From Flectonema sp. DT1601 (taxonomy: Eukaryota), in contig OZ025791.1 in NCBI GenBank assembly GCA_964019425.1, forward strand, positions 620,001-684,000: 64,000 nt of DNA, written 5' to 3'. Position 1 is the stretch's first letter. The number at the start of each line of letters is the position of its first letter. A program made the position numbers and the translations under genes. This document shows, one piece after another, positions 62,261 through 64,000 of the stretch. Under the pieces are notes generated by a model. That model did not search any database. It was given only the letters and a program-made list of their open reading frames with translations, and was not told where the DNA came from.

Positions 62261-64000
62261 TTATCCAACTGGGGTCAAGGGTCTCATTTTCAATCCGTCT
62301 TGGTTGGCTTGATGATCTTTCTGAATGGCAGCATACAACCCTCCGAGAATCGCATGTCGCTTTGACGTTGCCTCAATAACTTTTACGGAAACACCCTGTA
62401 GGTAGTCTCTAAGATCTTGATTTTCTTTCGTAAATTGATTTTGAAAACTACTGACTTGATTCTCAACGTTTTCTACTCGTTTTTGAGTTGCCGAATGCAC
62501 TTCAGAAAGTTCCTTTACTTGATCGTCTTCTTCTTGTTTTCCTTCGAGACAGACAGCCTTATTAAGAGGGAAGAATGACAGATCACTTTTACGCATCATT
62601 GAATGAACGTATGATTCTTGTCCAGTAAACTCGTCGGGATCTTTTTTTTGAAGATGATGAATAAAAAAGATGTAATTCCACATGTTGTGATCATTCTTAA
62701 TGTGATGTTCAAAACCGTCAGCTTGACGATCAAACTGACTCGACTCAATTCCGCAGATGAAACAACGAGATCTGATGTCTTCCTCAACTTTTTGTTTCTC
62801 AGAACGCAATTCAGCAAACGTATCAATGATTACACCAAAAATAATATTCAACAAAATAACAATCACGACAACAAAAAACGTAAAATCAAAAATTGTTCTC
62901 GCAGCTGCATACGGACTCTCCCAATCTAACGGCTGCATTAAGTCTCCAATACCGCCACCAGCACGAATACCTGCTGATACAGCAAAAATAAAGCATCTAA
63001 AAAGAGTGTCACAATGGTAATCTTCACAGTTTGGTTCTCCTTCACACGGAGGTTCCCTATTCTTAAAACTATCTCTAAAAAGAACAAATCCAATCACCGA
63101 GAATAAATAGATAATAATAATACCAAGTAACACTGTTAACAATAGTGACCTTCCGTTCTTTGTAACAGCTTTGATTACATTTTGAAGTAAAGCAGATCTA
63201 TTGATGATTGATACCAAGTGAAGAGCTATAAAAAACGGTGAAATAAACAATCCGGCAAGAGAAAAGATAACAGAAGCAGTTAAGAAGATGAAGTGAGTAT
63301 CGTATCGAACACTTTTAACAGTGTATTGCCAAGAGTAATTAAAAGTTAAAAGACCTCTCTCAGGGTCATCGAGGTGTTCAGGCTCGATTGGGAATAGCCC
63401 AAGATCATCTCTGTCATTGTTGATGTCAGCTGAGGCAACAGAAGAAGCGACTGCTCCGAATGAACCGCCGATACCTGCAGGTGTTCCCGATCTGTCTGCG
63501 AATTTCTCTTTTAGAATATCAAATGCTTTTTCTTTATTATTACCTCGAACTGTACCCGTCGTTTCATTTAGCGGACCCTGTCTACGATCAAGTTCCGGAT
63601 GATCGACGGCAAACATTTCAATGTATCGTTTCAGACTAAACTTCTTACGTCTTCTCTTCATCATTAATTGTCGTTCTTTCTTCCATGTTCGGTGAGCGTT
63701 GAGAGGAGCTTTTGCGACCCAAAAATCAAACAACAAAAACAAACAAACGAAAAACTGAACTGCAATAAGCGCATTCAACACAAATAAAACTATTTCTGAC
63801 TCAATATGAAATCCTTCCAAAGGAGCTCTGACGATATCTACGGAAGTGTTGGTAACGTAATTCATACAAACGATTCCGTTAATAAGAAATGCCAAAACAA
63901 TCATTGCATTCTCCCACCAGTTTATGGTACTGTTGATCAGATATTTGCACTGACGAACTCGTTCATTCCTCGAAGGGATCCAAGCTCCTGGAGTCGGTTC
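62261..64000 (-). CDS. IP3 receptor/ryanodine receptor-family Ca2+ channel, C-terminal pore region (5' part outside window)
   Basis: GIRAGGGIGD filter, LNIIFGVIIDTFAELR, CFICG and HNMWNY. Confidence 0.93.
   Translation of the reverse strand, partial: EPTPGAWIPSRNERVRQCKYLINSTINWWENAMIVLAFLINGIVCMNYVTNTSVDIVRAPLEGFHIESEIVLFVLNALIAVQFFVCLFLLFDFWVAKAPLNAHRTWKKERQLMMKRRRKKFSLKRYIEMFAVDHPELDRRQGPLNETTGTVRGNNKEKAFDILKEKFADRSGTPAGIGGSFGAVASSVASADINNDRDDLGLFPIEPEHLDDPERGLLTFNYSWQYTVKSVRYDTHFIFLTASVIFSLAGLFISPFFIALHLVSIINRSALLQNVIKAVTKNGRSLLLTVLLGIIIIYLFSVIGFVLFRDSFKNREPPCEGEPNCEDYHCDTLFRCFIFAVSAGIRAGGGIGDLMQPLDWESPYAAARTIFDFTFFVVVIVILLNIIFGVIIDTFAELRSEKQKVEEDIRSRCFICGIESSQFDRQADGFEHHIKNDHNMWNYIFFIHHLQKKDPDEFTGQESYVHSMMRKSDLSFFPLNKAVCLEGKQEEDDQVKELSEVHSATQKRVENVENQVSSFQNQFTKENQDLRDYLQGVSVKVIEATSKRHAILGGLYAAIQKDHQANQDGLKMRPLTPVG

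Overview
This is eukaryotic nuclear DNA, most likely from a euglenozoan protist. A diplomenid-like assignment is inferred from the alpha-tubulin sequence, a GP63 protease, all genes lying on one strand, and frequent GT-AG cis-introns. About 17 intact protein genes plus a pseudogene all lie on the minus strand. They include UDP-glucose dehydrogenase, alpha-tubulin, an MFS transporter, an EF-hand protein, a tandem sulfotransferase family, DnaJ, GP63, ferroportin, a degenerate kinesin and the C-terminus of an IP3 receptor. Several separate ORFs in the track join into single genes through in-frame GT-AG introns that I traced by hand. Highlights: (1) the same modular tandem array sits inside introns of three unrelated genes and looks like an amplified snoRNA cassette (a U18-like C/D RNA plus two single-hairpin AGA-box RNAs); (2) a 3-exon, ~4351 aa NLR-like gene with ankyrin, ADP-ribosyltransferase, NACHT, pentapeptide and WD40 regions; (3) a 1.2 kb Mutator-like TIR element carrying a 28S rRNA fragment and tRNA-like pieces; (4) cis-intron acceptors are A/C-rich while AGs upstream of start codons are pyrimidine-rich. 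All homology calls come from motif recognition by eye; no searches were run.
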